Below, in pieces: positions 1 to 9,434 of a stretch of 57,080 nucleotides of DNA. The notes under the pieces were generated by a model. The model saw only the letters and a list, made by a program, of their open reading frames with translations, was not told the origin of the DNA and did no database searches. Origin of the DNA: Crenothrix polyspora. Lineage in GTDB: Bacteria > Pseudomonadota > Gammaproteobacteria > Methylococcales > Methylomonadaceae. Within the stretch, counting starts at the first letter, position 1. Each line of letters starts with the position of its first letter. The translations under genes and the position numbers were made by a program. Location: assembly GCA_945902915.1 (NCBI GenBank), contig CAMDNJ010000001.1, positions 1-57,080 on the forward strand. The letters run 5' to 3'.

Positions 1-806
1 CATAAATGCACGACATCCGCACCCGCTAACAAGGCTTTGATGACATCTGAACTTTGGTGAAAGCCTCCAGTTACTGCGAGTGATAATTGAGTTCTGCCAT
101 ACAGCAAAGCAGCCCAGCGTATGCGTAACAAAGCTTCTGAAGAGCTAGACAGCTCTAAAGTGGGCAGGACTTCTAGGGATTCTAAATCAATATCTGGTTG
201 ATAAAAGCGGTTAAAGAGTACCACGCCGCTTGCCCCTGCCGCTTCCAAACGTTTTGCAAAATGCAGCGGCGAGCTAAATTGCGAGGAAAGCTTCATGGTA
301 ATAGGAATGCTCACTTGGGCTTTTAAGGTCTGCAAGATCGTCAGATAACGATTTTCGACGACTTCACTACTGTCTTCGGCATTAGCCGCTAAGTGATAGA
401 TATTAAGCTCTAGGGCATCAGCACCGGCTTGTTGTAATTGCAATCCGTATTCCAGCCAACCACTTAAGGAGGTGCCATTTAAACTGGCGATGACGGGAAT
501 GGCTAATGCCGATTTCAATTTTTGCACCTGTTCCAGATAGTGCTCTTGATAAGTCTTTAGCTGATGAGATCTAGGATGAAAGGAATCGGCTTCGCCATGG
601 CCGATAGCTTGATCAACTAAAAAGCGCTGCATCTGCTGTTGTTCGGCGATTATTTTTTCTTCGAACAAGGAATACATAACTAGGGCTGAAGCACCCGCAT
701 CTTCAAGCCTACGTGCGCTGTCTATATCTTTGCTTAAAGGCGATGCTGAGGGCACTAAAGGATGAGCTAGTTTTAAACCCAGATAATGCGTGCTTAAATC
801 AACCAT
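1..806 (-). CDS. Dihydroorotate dehydrogenase-like flavoprotein (PFOR-associated), truncated by the window edge
   Basis: Not in the ORF track; translated by hand from ATG 806: MVDLSTHYLGLKLAHPLVPSASPLSKD...ADALELNIYHL...IPITMKLS...GVVLFNRFYQPDIDLE...VTGG...IKALLAGADVV. The start overlaps the nifJ stop (ATGGTTGA). Confidence 0.9.
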   Translation of the reverse strand, partial: MVDLSTHYLGLKLAHPLVPSASPLSKDIDSARRLEDAGASALVMYSLFEEKIIAEQQQMQRFLVDQAIGHGEADSFHPRSHQLKTYQEHYLEQVQKLKSALAIPVIASLNGTSLSGWLEYGLQLQQAGADALELNIYHLAANAEDSSEVVENRYLTILQTLKAQVSIPITMKLSSQFSSPLHFAKRLEAAGASGVVLFNRFYQPDIDLESLEVLPTLELSSSSEALLRIRWAALLYGRTQLSLAVTGGFHQSSDVIKALLAGADVVHL

Positions 807-3800
807 GGTCAATCTCCTGAGTGCTATCATTTTTAAGTTGAGCTTTTAGGGCCGACACTGAAGTGCTTGCCGTCCATTCTAGTTCGGAGAGTTGTTTGTA
901 ATAAGCATAGCGATTTTTAACATCTTGCTGCGCTTGAGCTAGAAAACGCTCGGCGGCTTCTGGATGGGTTTGCCACAACATACTAAAGCGGGTTTCGGTT
1001 TTAACAAAATCACGGTAAGGGATCGACGGTTCGGCTGAATCAAGTTTCATCGGATTCTTACCTAATTTGGCTTTGCTAGGGTCAAAACGAAACAGCGGCC
1101 AATGGCCACTTTTAACCGCCAGATTTTGTTGTCGATGATTATTAGATAAATCCACGCCATGTGCGATACATGGCGCGTAAGCAATAATGATAGACGGGCC
1201 ATCATGAGCTTCGGCTTCTAAAAAGGCATTCAAGGTTTGAACGTCTTTGCCGGCATAAGCAACATGGGCGACATAGACATTACTATAATCCATCGCTAAC
1301 AAAGCCAGATCTTTCTTGGCGGTCGCTTTACCGGCGGCAGAGAACTTAGCAACCGCACCTAAGGGTGTGGATTTTGAAGTTTGTCCTCCGGTATTAGAAT
1401 AAACCTCAGTATCCAATACCAGAATATTAACATTCCTACCACTGGCTAAAACATGATCAACGCCGCCAAAGCCGATATCATAAGCCCAGCCATCACCGCC
1501 TATAATCCAGACGCTTTTTTTACATAAGTTGTCGGCCAGTTCTAATAAGCGTTGTGCGCTAGTGACGTAAGACTTTTCGTTATTAAAGGCGCAAAATTTT
1601 GCTTCCCGACTTAGCTGTTCTTTTAGATGAGCGACACGTTCGCGTTGCTCATAAATACCCACTTCGTCAGCTTGGTCTGCCGTTAAAATAGCATCAACTA
1701 GCTCATCACCTAAAGGTTCTCTTAAGCTGATAAGCAACTCTTTAGCCGTGTCTTGTTGTTTGTCTAGGGCGATGCGCATACCTAAGCCAAATTCGGCATT
1801 GTCTTCGAATAAAGAATTACTCCAAGCAGGCCCACGACCGACACTATTTTTAGTCCAAGGGGTTGTCGGTAAATTGCCACCATAAATTGATGAACAACCC
1901 GTGGCATTGGCGACGACCATGCGATCACCAAATAATTGCGAGGCTAATTTAATGTAAGGGGTTTCACCACAACCCACGCAAGCGCCAGAAAACTCAAATA
2001 ACGGTTGCAGCGCCATCGCACCTTTAATGGTGTTGGTTTTTAACAGGCGTCGATCATAGTCAGGAATCGATAAAAAGAACGCCCAGTTTTCACGTTCTGC
2101 TACACGTAGCGGTGCTTGTGGCCGCATATTTAAGGCTTTGCGACTGGCATTGCTTTTATCACGTATCGGACAAATATCTACGCATAAAGTACAACCGGTG
2201 CAGTCTTCGAGTGCAACTTGATAACTGATGGCTAAACCCTCAGGAAAGTCTTTGCCGAGCATGGGCGCGTATTTAAAGGTTGCAGGACTTGCGGCTAATT
2301 CATCGTTTGCATAAATTTTGCTGCGTATCGCCGTATGCGGGCAAACCATGGCGCATTTACCGCATTGCGTGCATAAGTCGGTTTCCCAAACAGGAATTTC
2401 TAAGGCTAAATTTCGTTTTTCATAGCTAGCCGTACCGGTGGGGAAAGTACCATCGATAGGCATGGCGCTGACAGGTAGGGCATTACCACGACCGGCAATG
2501 ATTTCCCCCGTCACGCGTTTAACAAAATCCGGGACGCTATCGGGCAGAGTCGCTTTAAGCTCGAATTGACTGCTGGCATGATCGGGTAAAGCTACGCACT
2601 GTAAACTGGCCAAGGTTTCATCGATAGCCTTGAAGTTCAGTTCAATGATGCTCTGGCCTTTTTTGCCATAAGTTTTTTCGACGGCGTGTTTAATCGCTGA
2701 TATCGCATGGTCTTGCGGCAATACCCCAGAGATAGCAAAAAAGCAGGTTTGCATAATGGTATTAATGCGTTTACCCATACCGGTTTTTTCTGCCACCGCA
2801 TAAGCATCGATGATATAGAAACGTAGGCGTTTACTAATCATCTGTTCTTGCATGTTTAAGGTCAGCGAGGCCCAAACGTGTTCGGCTGATAAGGGTGTAT
2901 TAAGTAAAAACACCGCCTGTTCTGCGGCACTGCTCAGTAGATCTGAGCGTTCCAGAAATAGGCTTTGATGACAGCCAATAAAATCAGCATCATTATCAGA
3001 AATCAAATAAGTGGAATGTATGGGCTTAGGGCCAAAACGTAAATGCGAGACGGTCATTGCGCCCGATTTTTTCGAGTCGTAAACAAAATAACCTTGAGCG
3101 TGTAGCTCAGTGGTTTCGCCGATAATTTTAATGGTGTTTTTATTGGCGCTGACCGTACCATCACTACCTAAACCATAAAATAATGCCTGAAAAGTATCAT
3201 CCAAGGCGTCGGTACGATAATGATCATCCCAGCTTAAACTACTATGAGTGATATCATCGTTGATGCCAATAGTGAAATTATTTTTGGGCTGCGCTAGTTT
3301 TAACTCGTCAAAAACCGCCTTGATCATGCCCGGTGTAAATTCTTTAGAAGATAAGCCGTAACGGCCACCGATCACTTTGGGAAAGACTGAAAACTTGCTA
3401 GTGCCCTGACTATAAGCCTGGGCGATAGCGGTGAGTACATCTTTATATAAAGGCTCACCATCAGAACCAGGTTCTTTAGTACGATCGAGTACGGCAATCT
3501 TTTGACAACTGCTAGGTAGTGCTGCTAATAAACTCTGCGCATCAAAAGGACGATATAAACGCACTTTAAGCAAGCCGACCGCTTCCCCTTGCTGATTTAA
3601 ATAGGTCATCGTTTCTGTGGCCGCTTCTGCACCAGAACCCATAATGACAATCACGCGTTCAGCTAGTTCTGAACCCAGATAGTCAAACAATTGATAAGAG
3701 CGGCCAGTTAAGTCGGCAAAGCGCTTCATGGCGGCTTGTATGATGTTTGGCAGTGCGAGGTAATAAGGATTAACGGATTCCCTGGCCTGAAAATATACAT

Positions 3801-4470
3801 CAGGATTTTGAGCCGTGCCGCGCATCACCGGTTTATCGGGTGTTAAAGCGCGATGGCGATGGGCGGTTACCCATTCATCCTTAATCATGGCGCGTATCAC
3901 CGTGTCATCTATGCTATTAATCTTAGCGACTTCGTGCGAAGTACGAAAGCCATCAAAAAAATGCATCAGTGGAATACGACCTTCCAAGCTAGCGGCATGA
4001 GCAATCAAGGCAAAGTCCATGACTTCTTGGGGTGAATTGGAGCAGAGCATAGCAAAGCCGGTCATGCGTGCCGACATGACATCGCTATGGTCGCCAAAAA
4101 TAGATAAGCCCTGACAAGCCAAGGAACGCGCAGCAATATGAAAAACCGTCGGCGTAAGTTCACCGGCAATTTTGTACATATTAGGCAGCATTAACAGCAA
4201 GCCCTGAGAGGCGGTAAAGGTTGTCGCCATAGAGCCGACTTGCAAGGCGCCGTGAATAGCGCCAGCAGCACCGGCCTCACTTTGCATTTCTGTGACTTGC
4301 GGAATAGTGCCCCATAAATTGAGCTGGCCAAGTGAGGCCCATTCATCCGCCCATTCGCCCATGTTTGACGAAGGTGTGATGGGGTATATGGCAATGACTT
4401 CATTGAGTTTATAGGCTATGGTAGCTGCTGCTTGATTGCCGTCTATCGTAAGCGTTTTCTGATGTTGCAT
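799..4470 (-). CDS. nifJ: Pyruvate:ferredoxin/flavodoxin oxidoreductase
   Basis: YPITPS, EAGAAG, two CxxCxxCxxxCP ferredoxin motifs, GDGWAYDIG ThDP motif. ATG 4470 is preceded by an AGGAGG RBS (track start is 4494). Confidence 0.97.
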   Translation of the reverse strand: MQHQKTLTIDGNQAAATIAYKLNEVIAIYPITPSSNMGEWADEWASLGQLNLWGTIPQVTEMQSEAGAAGAIHGALQVGSMATTFTASQGLLLMLPNMYKIAGELTPTVFHIAARSLACQGLSIFGDHSDVMSARMTGFAMLCSNSPQEVMDFALIAHAASLEGRIPLMHFFDGFRTSHEVAKINSIDDTVIRAMIKDEWVTAHRHRALTPDKPVMRGTAQNPDVYFQARESVNPYYLALPNIIQAAMKRFADLTGRSYQLFDYLGSELAERVIVIMGSGAEAATETMTYLNQQGEAVGLLKVRLYRPFDAQSLLAALPSSCQKIAVLDRTKEPGSDGEPLYKDVLTAIAQAYSQGTSKFSVFPKVIGGRYGLSSKEFTPGMIKAVFDELKLAQPKNNFTIGINDDITHSSLSWDDHYRTDALDDTFQALFYGLGSDGTVSANKNTIKIIGETTELHAQGYFVYDSKKSGAMTVSHLRFGPKPIHSTYLISDNDADFIGCHQSLFLERSDLLSSAAEQAVFLLNTPLSAEHVWASLTLNMQEQMISKRLRFYIIDAYAVAEKTGMGKRINTIMQTCFFAISGVLPQDHAISAIKHAVEKTYGKKGQSIIELNFKAIDETLASLQCVALPDHASSQFELKATLPDSVPDFVKRVTGEIIAGRGNALPVSAMPIDGTFPTGTASYEKRNLALEIPVWETDLCTQCGKCAMVCPHTAIRSKIYANDELAASPATFKYAPMLGKDFPEGLAISYQVALEDCTGCTLCVDICPIRDKSNASRKALNMRPQAPLRVAERENWAFFLSIPDYDRRLLKTNTIKGAMALQPLFEFSGACVGCGETPYIKLASQLFGDRMVVANATGCSSIYGGNLPTTPWTKNSVGRGPAWSNSLFEDNAEFGLGMRIALDKQQDTAKELLISLREPLGDELVDAILTADQADEVGIYEQRERVAHLKEQLSREAKFCAFNNEKSYVTSAQRLLELADNLCKKSVWIIGGDGWAYDIGFGGVDHVLASGRNVNILVLDTEVYSNTGGQTSKSTPLGAVAKFSAAGKATAKKDLALLAMDYSNVYVAHVAYAGKDVQTLNAFLEAEAHDGPSIIIAYAPCIAHGVDLSNNHRQQNLAVKSGHWPLFRFDPSKAKLGKNPMKLDSAEPSIPYRDFVKTETRFSMLWQTHPEAAERFLAQAQQDVKNRYAYYKQLSELEWTASTSVSALKAQLKNDSTQEIDHG

Positions 4471-4676
4471 AAGACCCTCCTGAACTGAAACCAAAGAAAG
4501 TTAATAACCTTAATAAGACTGTAGGATTTGAGCTAGGCGGATTGTAACACTGGCGTGCAAACTTAGTGTACAAATTTTAGAGATTCGTTTGAAAGGGGAT
4601 CGAGATTTAATATTATGTTGGGCAGCGCTACTGTCGTTAGCTCAACATTACTCTGTAATGTATGCAAAATGTCGGG

Positions 4677-4749
4677 TATAGGATGTGCCGACGCTAGGAG
4701 GCGCATCATTCATAAACGATGCGCTTCACTTTGTTAAGCGCATCCTATA
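4677..4749. repeat. REP/REPIN-like palindrome, family A (TAGGATG...CATCCTA)
   Basis: Ends tataggatg / catcctata are inverted. Near-identical copy at 6914-6977 and half copy at 31573-31610. Confidence 0.85.
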
Positions 4750-4770
4750 GTTGTTACATTTTTATACGGA

Positions 4771-5112
4771 TTAAACTTTCTTAACAAATTCAGATTTAAG
4801 CTTCATAGCGCCAATGCCATCAACTTTACAATCGATGTCATGATCACCGTCAATCAAGCGTAGGATTTTGACTTTAGTGCCAACTTTAATCACCAATGAA
4901 GAGCCTTTTACTTTAAGGTCTTTAATGACTGTTACGTTATCACCATCTTGCAATAGATTACCATTGGCATCTTTAATGATACGGGTATCAGAACTGTCGT
5001 CGCTTGCGTCTACTTTGGGCCATTCATGCGAGCATTCAGGGCAGATAAAGTTTTCACCGTCTTCGTAGGTGAATTCAGAGCCACAGACAGGGCAGGGTGG
5101 AAGCATAGTCAT
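4771..5112 (-). CDS. phnA: PhnA/YjdM zinc-ribbon protein
   Basis: CPVC...[35 protein letters not shown]. Confidence 0.93.
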   Translation of the reverse strand: MTMLPPCPVCGSEFTYEDGENFICPECSHEWPKVDASDDSSDTRIIKDANGNLLQDGDNVTVIKDLKVKGSSLVIKVGTKVKILRLIDGDHDIDCKVDGIGAMKLKSEFVKKV

Positions 5113-5337
5113 GTTTATTACCTAATCTAGGTCTCAACCTTGTGGAGTACGAGGTATCTTGAGGTCGCATGATGCCAGATTTAAGGGTTTGTTGTCCACT
5201 CGCACCAAAAATATAATCGTTAGTGTTGACTCAACTAAAAATAGTGATCGTCATTTTTTATAACTAAAATTACTGGGTATATCAAAAGTCTACTTTGAAC
5301 TGATCATTAAATTGTTTAATATGATCAACCACACAGT

Positions 5338-5682
5338 GTGGTTGATTTTTTTGAGGTGGCTAGATTGAAATATGTAAAACTTCCTAGTCCTTTGATGCTG
5401 ATGTGTAGTGCAGGATTGGCTTATTGGTTATCGTCTATTATCCATGTTAGTTTTGTAGCAATAGCCATTATGATACTTTTATATATTCCCCTATTTTCAT
5501 TTATCGGTTTATATAGGGAACAAAGAAAATATTTAAAACAAAATCAATCGGTAAAGACAACTGCGAAAGTGGATAGTAACGATACTAATAAACAACCGAC
5601 TGTAGCGAAAGATCAACCATTAGCTATTGATGCAGATAAATCTAACCTGCCAAGGTTAACGAATGATAGTGGCAAGTCTTAG
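5338..5682 (+). CDS. Hypothetical small membrane protein
   Basis: Two hydrophobic segments and a polar tail; GTG start uncertain. Confidence 0.55.
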   Translation: MVDFFEVARLKYVKLPSPLMLMCSAGLAYWLSSIIHVSFVAIAIMILLYIPLFSFIGLYREQRKYLKQNQSVKTTAKVDSNDTNKQPTVAKDQPLAIDADKSNLPRLTNDSGKS

Positions 5683-5751
5683 TTTTTTAGACTTATCTAC
5701 TCTAGGTCTAAGTTATTGATAAAAATTAGTTGTTCCGAATAATTTCACAAA

Positions 5752-5783
5752 TGTCGGTCGGGGGGATGCAATCCCGACCGACA
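5752..5783. repeat. REP-like hairpin, family B (TCGGTCGGG-TGCAA-CCCGACCGA)
   Basis: tgtcggtcggggggatgcaatcccgaccgaca; same core as 6109-6138 and 29990-30019. Confidence 0.8.
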
Positions 5784-5801
5784 CGTGAGCAAATCAACCG
5801 T

Positions 5802-6039
5802 CTACACCACTAATTTTTTAACAGGTGCACAAAAATCAGTAGTGCCAGTTGGCGTTACTATAGCGACATCAAAATAATAATAGCAGCCCACAACCAGACC
5901 ACTCACCTCATATTTAGATTGAGCAACGGTTGCTACCACTTTCGAACCACTCGCGTCAGTAGGCAAAACATCTTTAGAAACTCGAAAGATATACGCACAA
6001 CCTTGTTCGTGGGTATCGCTGATTAAATTGACGCTGCCA
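5802..6039 (-). pseudogene. C-terminal fragment of an Fn3-like beta-sandwich protein
   Basis: GSVNLIS...SKYEVSGLVVGCYYYFDVAIV...DFCAPVKKLVV* resembles the C-terminus of 26465-27097. The upstream part of the track ORF is translated repeat DNA. Confidence 0.6.
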
Positions 6040-6142
6040 AGCGGGACGGGGTTTGCAACCCCGGCCTTAAAGTTTAAGGTTTCTAAGTTATTGAAGTATG
6101 CAAACGTTCCGGTCGGGGTTACAAACCCCGACCGGCATAGCA
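6040..6142. repeat. REPIN-like doublet, family B
   Basis: Two GGGGTT-(G/A)CAA-CCCC hairpins with a spacer (aagttattgaagtat); aligns with 29928-30022. Confidence 0.85.
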
Positions 6143-6892
6143 TTATTCATTAGTATCAGCTATGCGGTAACAAAATAATTGTGTTTTAGCCATATCATTA
6201 ACTTGTTTAATAGTCTCAGGTTTCCAGTCGGGTATAGCAAAAGATGAGGATATTAATAAGCTACCAGGACGCATGGTTGATCGAAGTTTCACGCCGAGTT
6301 CAGGCATGACGGCCGGAGAAAGAAAAACAAAGATTACATCGTATTGACTAAAGTCACAACTCCAGAGATTGCTGCGATAGCAGTGACTATTAGCATAATG
6401 ACGGCTACGCCAGATGTTAATGACCCAAGGTATGGGCGCTTTTTCCCAAGCGTTGATGATTAATTGGGGATGCTGCTGTGCTAGAGGGACAGTGACTGTG
6501 CCTATGCCGGCTCCTAGTTCTGCAAAATGCTGGGCTGATTCTTGGGTAATGACTTGGCTGACGGCCTCTACGACAGCGGTTGAGGACAAAAACAAGGGTA
6601 CGTCACCTTTAATAGTTCCCCAAAATACCAAGGTTAATACGATAAATATTAAAAGATACCAGTGTGCTGCTAGTTGTAAGCTTAATAGAGTTGTCGCGCA
6701 GGGTAAAAAAACTAAATGAATTGGTAACCACCAGCGTGGTTGGCGTAATAGGATAGAGCTAAGCATTGCACAGCTACTTTGTAGGATTAAAAACGTGACC
6801 AGACCTGAAAATTTCATTGGTAACAAAGGAATTAAACTAATGGCTATTATTAAGCCTAATAGCTGAGCCAGCAAAGCTTTAGATAAGGTCAT
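6143..6892 (-). CDS. Membrane-anchored class I SAM-dependent methyltransferase
   Basis: N-terminal TM helices, VPLFLSS, ELGAGIG motif I, YDVIFVFLSP, GSLLISSSF. Start moved to ATG 6892 because the upstream part is repeat. Confidence 0.85.
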   Translation of the reverse strand: MTLSKALLAQLLGLIIAISLIPLLPMKFSGLVTFLILQSSCAMLSSILLRQPRWWLPIHLVFLPCATTLLSLQLAAHWYLLIFIVLTLVFWGTIKGDVPLFLSSTAVVEAVSQVITQESAQHFAELGAGIGTVTVPLAQQHPQLIINAWEKAPIPWVINIWRSRHYANSHCYRSNLWSCDFSQYDVIFVFLSPAVMPELGVKLRSTMRPGSLLISSSFAIPDWKPETIKQVNDMAKTQLFCYRIADTNE

Positions 6893-6913
6893 GGGTATTA
6901 CAATGTGGTGCAC

Positions 6914-6977
6914 AGGATGTGCCGACGCTAGGAGGCGCATCATTTATAAACGATGCGTTTCACTTTGTTCATTCATC
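6914..6977. repeat. REP-like family A copy (right end decayed)
   Basis: aggatgtgccgacgctaggaggcgcatcatt is identical to the 4680 copy. Confidence 0.85.
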
Positions 6978-6981
6978 AAAC

Positions 6982-7014
6982 AACGTAGGGGCGTATTGCA
7001 TACGCCCCTACGTT
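6982..7014. repeat. GTAG-type REP hairpin; probable parE terminator
   Basis: aacgtaggggcgtat-tgc-atacgcccctacgtt, a perfect inverted repeat just past the parE stop. Confidence 0.8.
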
Positions 7015-7020
7015 AGATTG

Positions 7021-8913
7021 TTACGCAATATCAGCTAAATTGCCTTTGGTTTCTAACCAATGCTTGCGATCTGGTGAGCGTTTTTTGGCTAATAATAAAT
7101 CTAGCTGTGCGCTAGTGTCGTCATTTTCTTCGATAGTTAATTGCACTAATCTACGCGTGTCTGGGTTCATGGTGGTTTCGCGTAATTGACTGGGATTCAT
7201 TTCACCCAAGCCTTTAAAGCGTTGTACATTAATTTGGCCTTTTAATTTTTCGGCTTTAATTCTATCTAAAACACCTTGGCGTTCAGATTCATCCAGCGCA
7301 TAAAATACGCGTTTGCCTACATCAATCCGGTACAAAGGCGGCATGGCCACAAAGACATGGCCTTGTTTAACTAATTCATGAAAGTGTTGAAAAAATAGCG
7401 CGCAAATCAAGGTGGCAATGTGGTTACCGTCAGAATCAGCATCCGCTAAAATACAGACTTTACCATAACGCAAATGCTGTAAATCGGTAGAGCCAGGTTC
7501 TATGCCTAAAGCGACGGCAATATCATGAACTTCTTGTGAGGCCATGACTTGGCTGGATTCTACTTCCCAAGTATTCAGAATCTTACCGCGCAACGGCATA
7601 ATGGCTTGAAAGTCACGTTCACGCGCTTGTTTAGCAGAACCGCCTGCTGAATCACCTTCCACTAAGAATAATTCTGTTCTGGCGATATCTTGTGCTGAAC
7701 AATCGGCTAGTTTTCCGGGTAAAGCCGGTCCTGAGGTCAGGCGTTTACGGATAATTTTCTTATTAGAGCGCAGTCTTTTCTGGGCACTGGAAATAATGAT
7801 GTCGGCAATCTTTTCTCCTTCTGCGGGGTTTTGATTTAACCACAGGCTAAAGGTGTCTTTGGCTACGCCAGAGACAAAAGCCACACATTCCCTAGAACTA
7901 AGTCGTTCTTTAGTTTGGCCAGAAAATTGCGGATCTTCTAATTTTACCGATAACACAAAATGACAGTTCTCCCAGACATCTTCAGGCGCTACTTTAACGC
8001 CGCGTGGCAGAATATTTCTGATGTCACAAAATTCACGCATGGCTTCAGTGAGTCCTGCACGCATGCCATTAACATGGGTTCCACCTTGGGCGGTAGGCAC
8101 TAGGTTAACGTAACTTTCGTTTAGTATTTCAGGCGGATTTTCAAAGGCCCACACGATGCCCCATTCTACGGCCTCATGATTTGCGGCCATATTGCCCATA
8201 AAAGGCTGCTCTGGAAAGAATTCAATGTCGCCTATGCGATCGAGTAAATATTCTTTAAGTCCATCTTGGTAACACCAAACATAGTTTTCTTCGGTTTGAT
8301 CAACGTTTAAGGTAATTTTTAAGCCAGGACATAAAACGGCTTTGGCACGTAACACATGTTTGAGTTTGCCAACCGAGATTTTATTGGAATCGAAGTATTT
8401 TTCATTAGGCCAAAACTTAACCGAGGTTCCAGTATTGTTACGGCCGACGGTTCCTGTTTCGGTGAGTTCCGTTTGCTTTTCACCATCGGCATAATCCATT
8501 CGATAGATTTTGCCGTTACGCTTAACTTCAATTTCTAATTTGGCTGATAAAGCATTAACTACCGATACCCCAACGCCATGTAAGCCGCCAGAGAACTGAT
8601 AGTTTTTATTAGAAAATTTACCGCCGGCATGTAGCTGCGTTAAGATAACCTCAACACCGGGGATGCCTTGTTCAGGGTGGATATCAACAGGCATGCCGCG
8701 ACCATCATCGCTGACTAATACGGAACCATCTTTATACAAGATCACTTCGATAGACTTTGCGTGGCCAGCCATGGCCTCATCGACACTATTATCCACCACC
8801 TCTTGGACTAGATGATTAGGGCGTGTGGTGTCAGTGTACATGCCGGGGCGTTTTCGTACTGGCTCTAAGCCACTTAAAACTTCTATCGCCGCCGCATTAT
8901 ATTCGTTACTCAT
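7021..8913 (-). CDS. parE: DNA topoisomerase IV subunit B
   Basis: GLEPVRKRPGMY, GGLHGVGVS, LVEGDSAGGSAK, DADSDG, RFKGLGEM; 630 aa, lacks the GyrB insert. Confidence 0.97.
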   Translation of the reverse strand: MSNEYNAAAIEVLSGLEPVRKRPGMYTDTTRPNHLVQEVVDNSVDEAMAGHAKSIEVILYKDGSVLVSDDGRGMPVDIHPEQGIPGVEVILTQLHAGGKFSNKNYQFSGGLHGVGVSVVNALSAKLEIEVKRNGKIYRMDYADGEKQTELTETGTVGRNNTGTSVKFWPNEKYFDSNKISVGKLKHVLRAKAVLCPGLKITLNVDQTEENYVWCYQDGLKEYLLDRIGDIEFFPEQPFMGNMAANHEAVEWGIVWAFENPPEILNESYVNLVPTAQGGTHVNGMRAGLTEAMREFCDIRNILPRGVKVAPEDVWENCHFVLSVKLEDPQFSGQTKERLSSRECVAFVSGVAKDTFSLWLNQNPAEGEKIADIIISSAQKRLRSNKKIIRKRLTSGPALPGKLADCSAQDIARTELFLVEGDSAGGSAKQARERDFQAIMPLRGKILNTWEVESSQVMASQEVHDIAVALGIEPGSTDLQHLRYGKVCILADADSDGNHIATLICALFFQHFHELVKQGHVFVAMPPLYRIDVGKRVFYALDESERQGVLDRIKAEKLKGQINVQRFKGLGEMNPSQLRETTMNPDTRRLVQLTIEENDDTSAQLDLLLAKKRSPDRKHWLETKGNLADIA

Positions 8914-8960
8914 TAGTTTTAAGTACTCGTAATCTGATTATTTACAATGTTTGTTCTAAC

Positions 8961-9011
8961 TTATCGTTCCCACATTCCGCGTGGAAATGTCGCCGAAGAC
9001 CCTCAGCGTCT
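8961..9011. repeat. Degenerate REP-like element, family C (TCGTTCCCAC...GCGTGG)
   Basis: ttatcgttcccacattccgcgtggaa; related copy at 52696-52723. Confidence 0.6.
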
Positions 9012-9036
9012 CATAAGGTTTGGAATCCGGGTTATC

Positions 9037-9408
9037 CTAGTCCTTGATAGTGTTTTCTTTACGGCAATAGGTGTAACTCCAAAACAAAGCCAATCCTATC
9101 AGGCCACCCAAGGCATTAGCGATCACATCCTCGTATGAAAACTGCCGTGTTGACGTAAACCAATGTTGACAATATTCTAATAATAAACCAACAAGGGAGC
9201 ACGATAGCAACACTATAGAGGTAGCCACTCCAGAGCGTTTGTGAGGCTTATATGCCGAGATGAATAAAAAAGACAAGGTACCATAAGCTATTGCGTGATC
9301 TATCTTATCCCAAGGGATATAACCCATTGCCGAACTAGAATCCGGACGTAACCAAGGGTTAAGGCTTAAAAAAGTTAAAATACTCACATAAATTAATAAT
9401 ACACGCAT
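9037..9408 (-). CDS. VanZ family membrane protein
   Basis: DKIDHAIAYG, EYCQ, R.FSYEDVIANALG. Confidence 0.88.
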   Translation of the reverse strand: MRVLLIYVSILTFLSLNPWLRPDSSSAMGYIPWDKIDHAIAYGTLSFLFISAYKPHKRSGVATSIVLLSCSLVGLLLEYCQHWFTSTRQFSYEDVIANALGGLIGLALFWSYTYCRKENTIKD

Positions 9409-9434
9409 CTTATTTAAACCCTTTGAAGTAAACG

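Noticed and set aside
6893-6943. N-terminal extensions in track ORFs (methyltransferase; likewise purB, pgi, VanZ, YqaA, HAD)
   Set aside because: They run through repeats, terminators or neighbouring genes; downstream starts fit family N-termini better.
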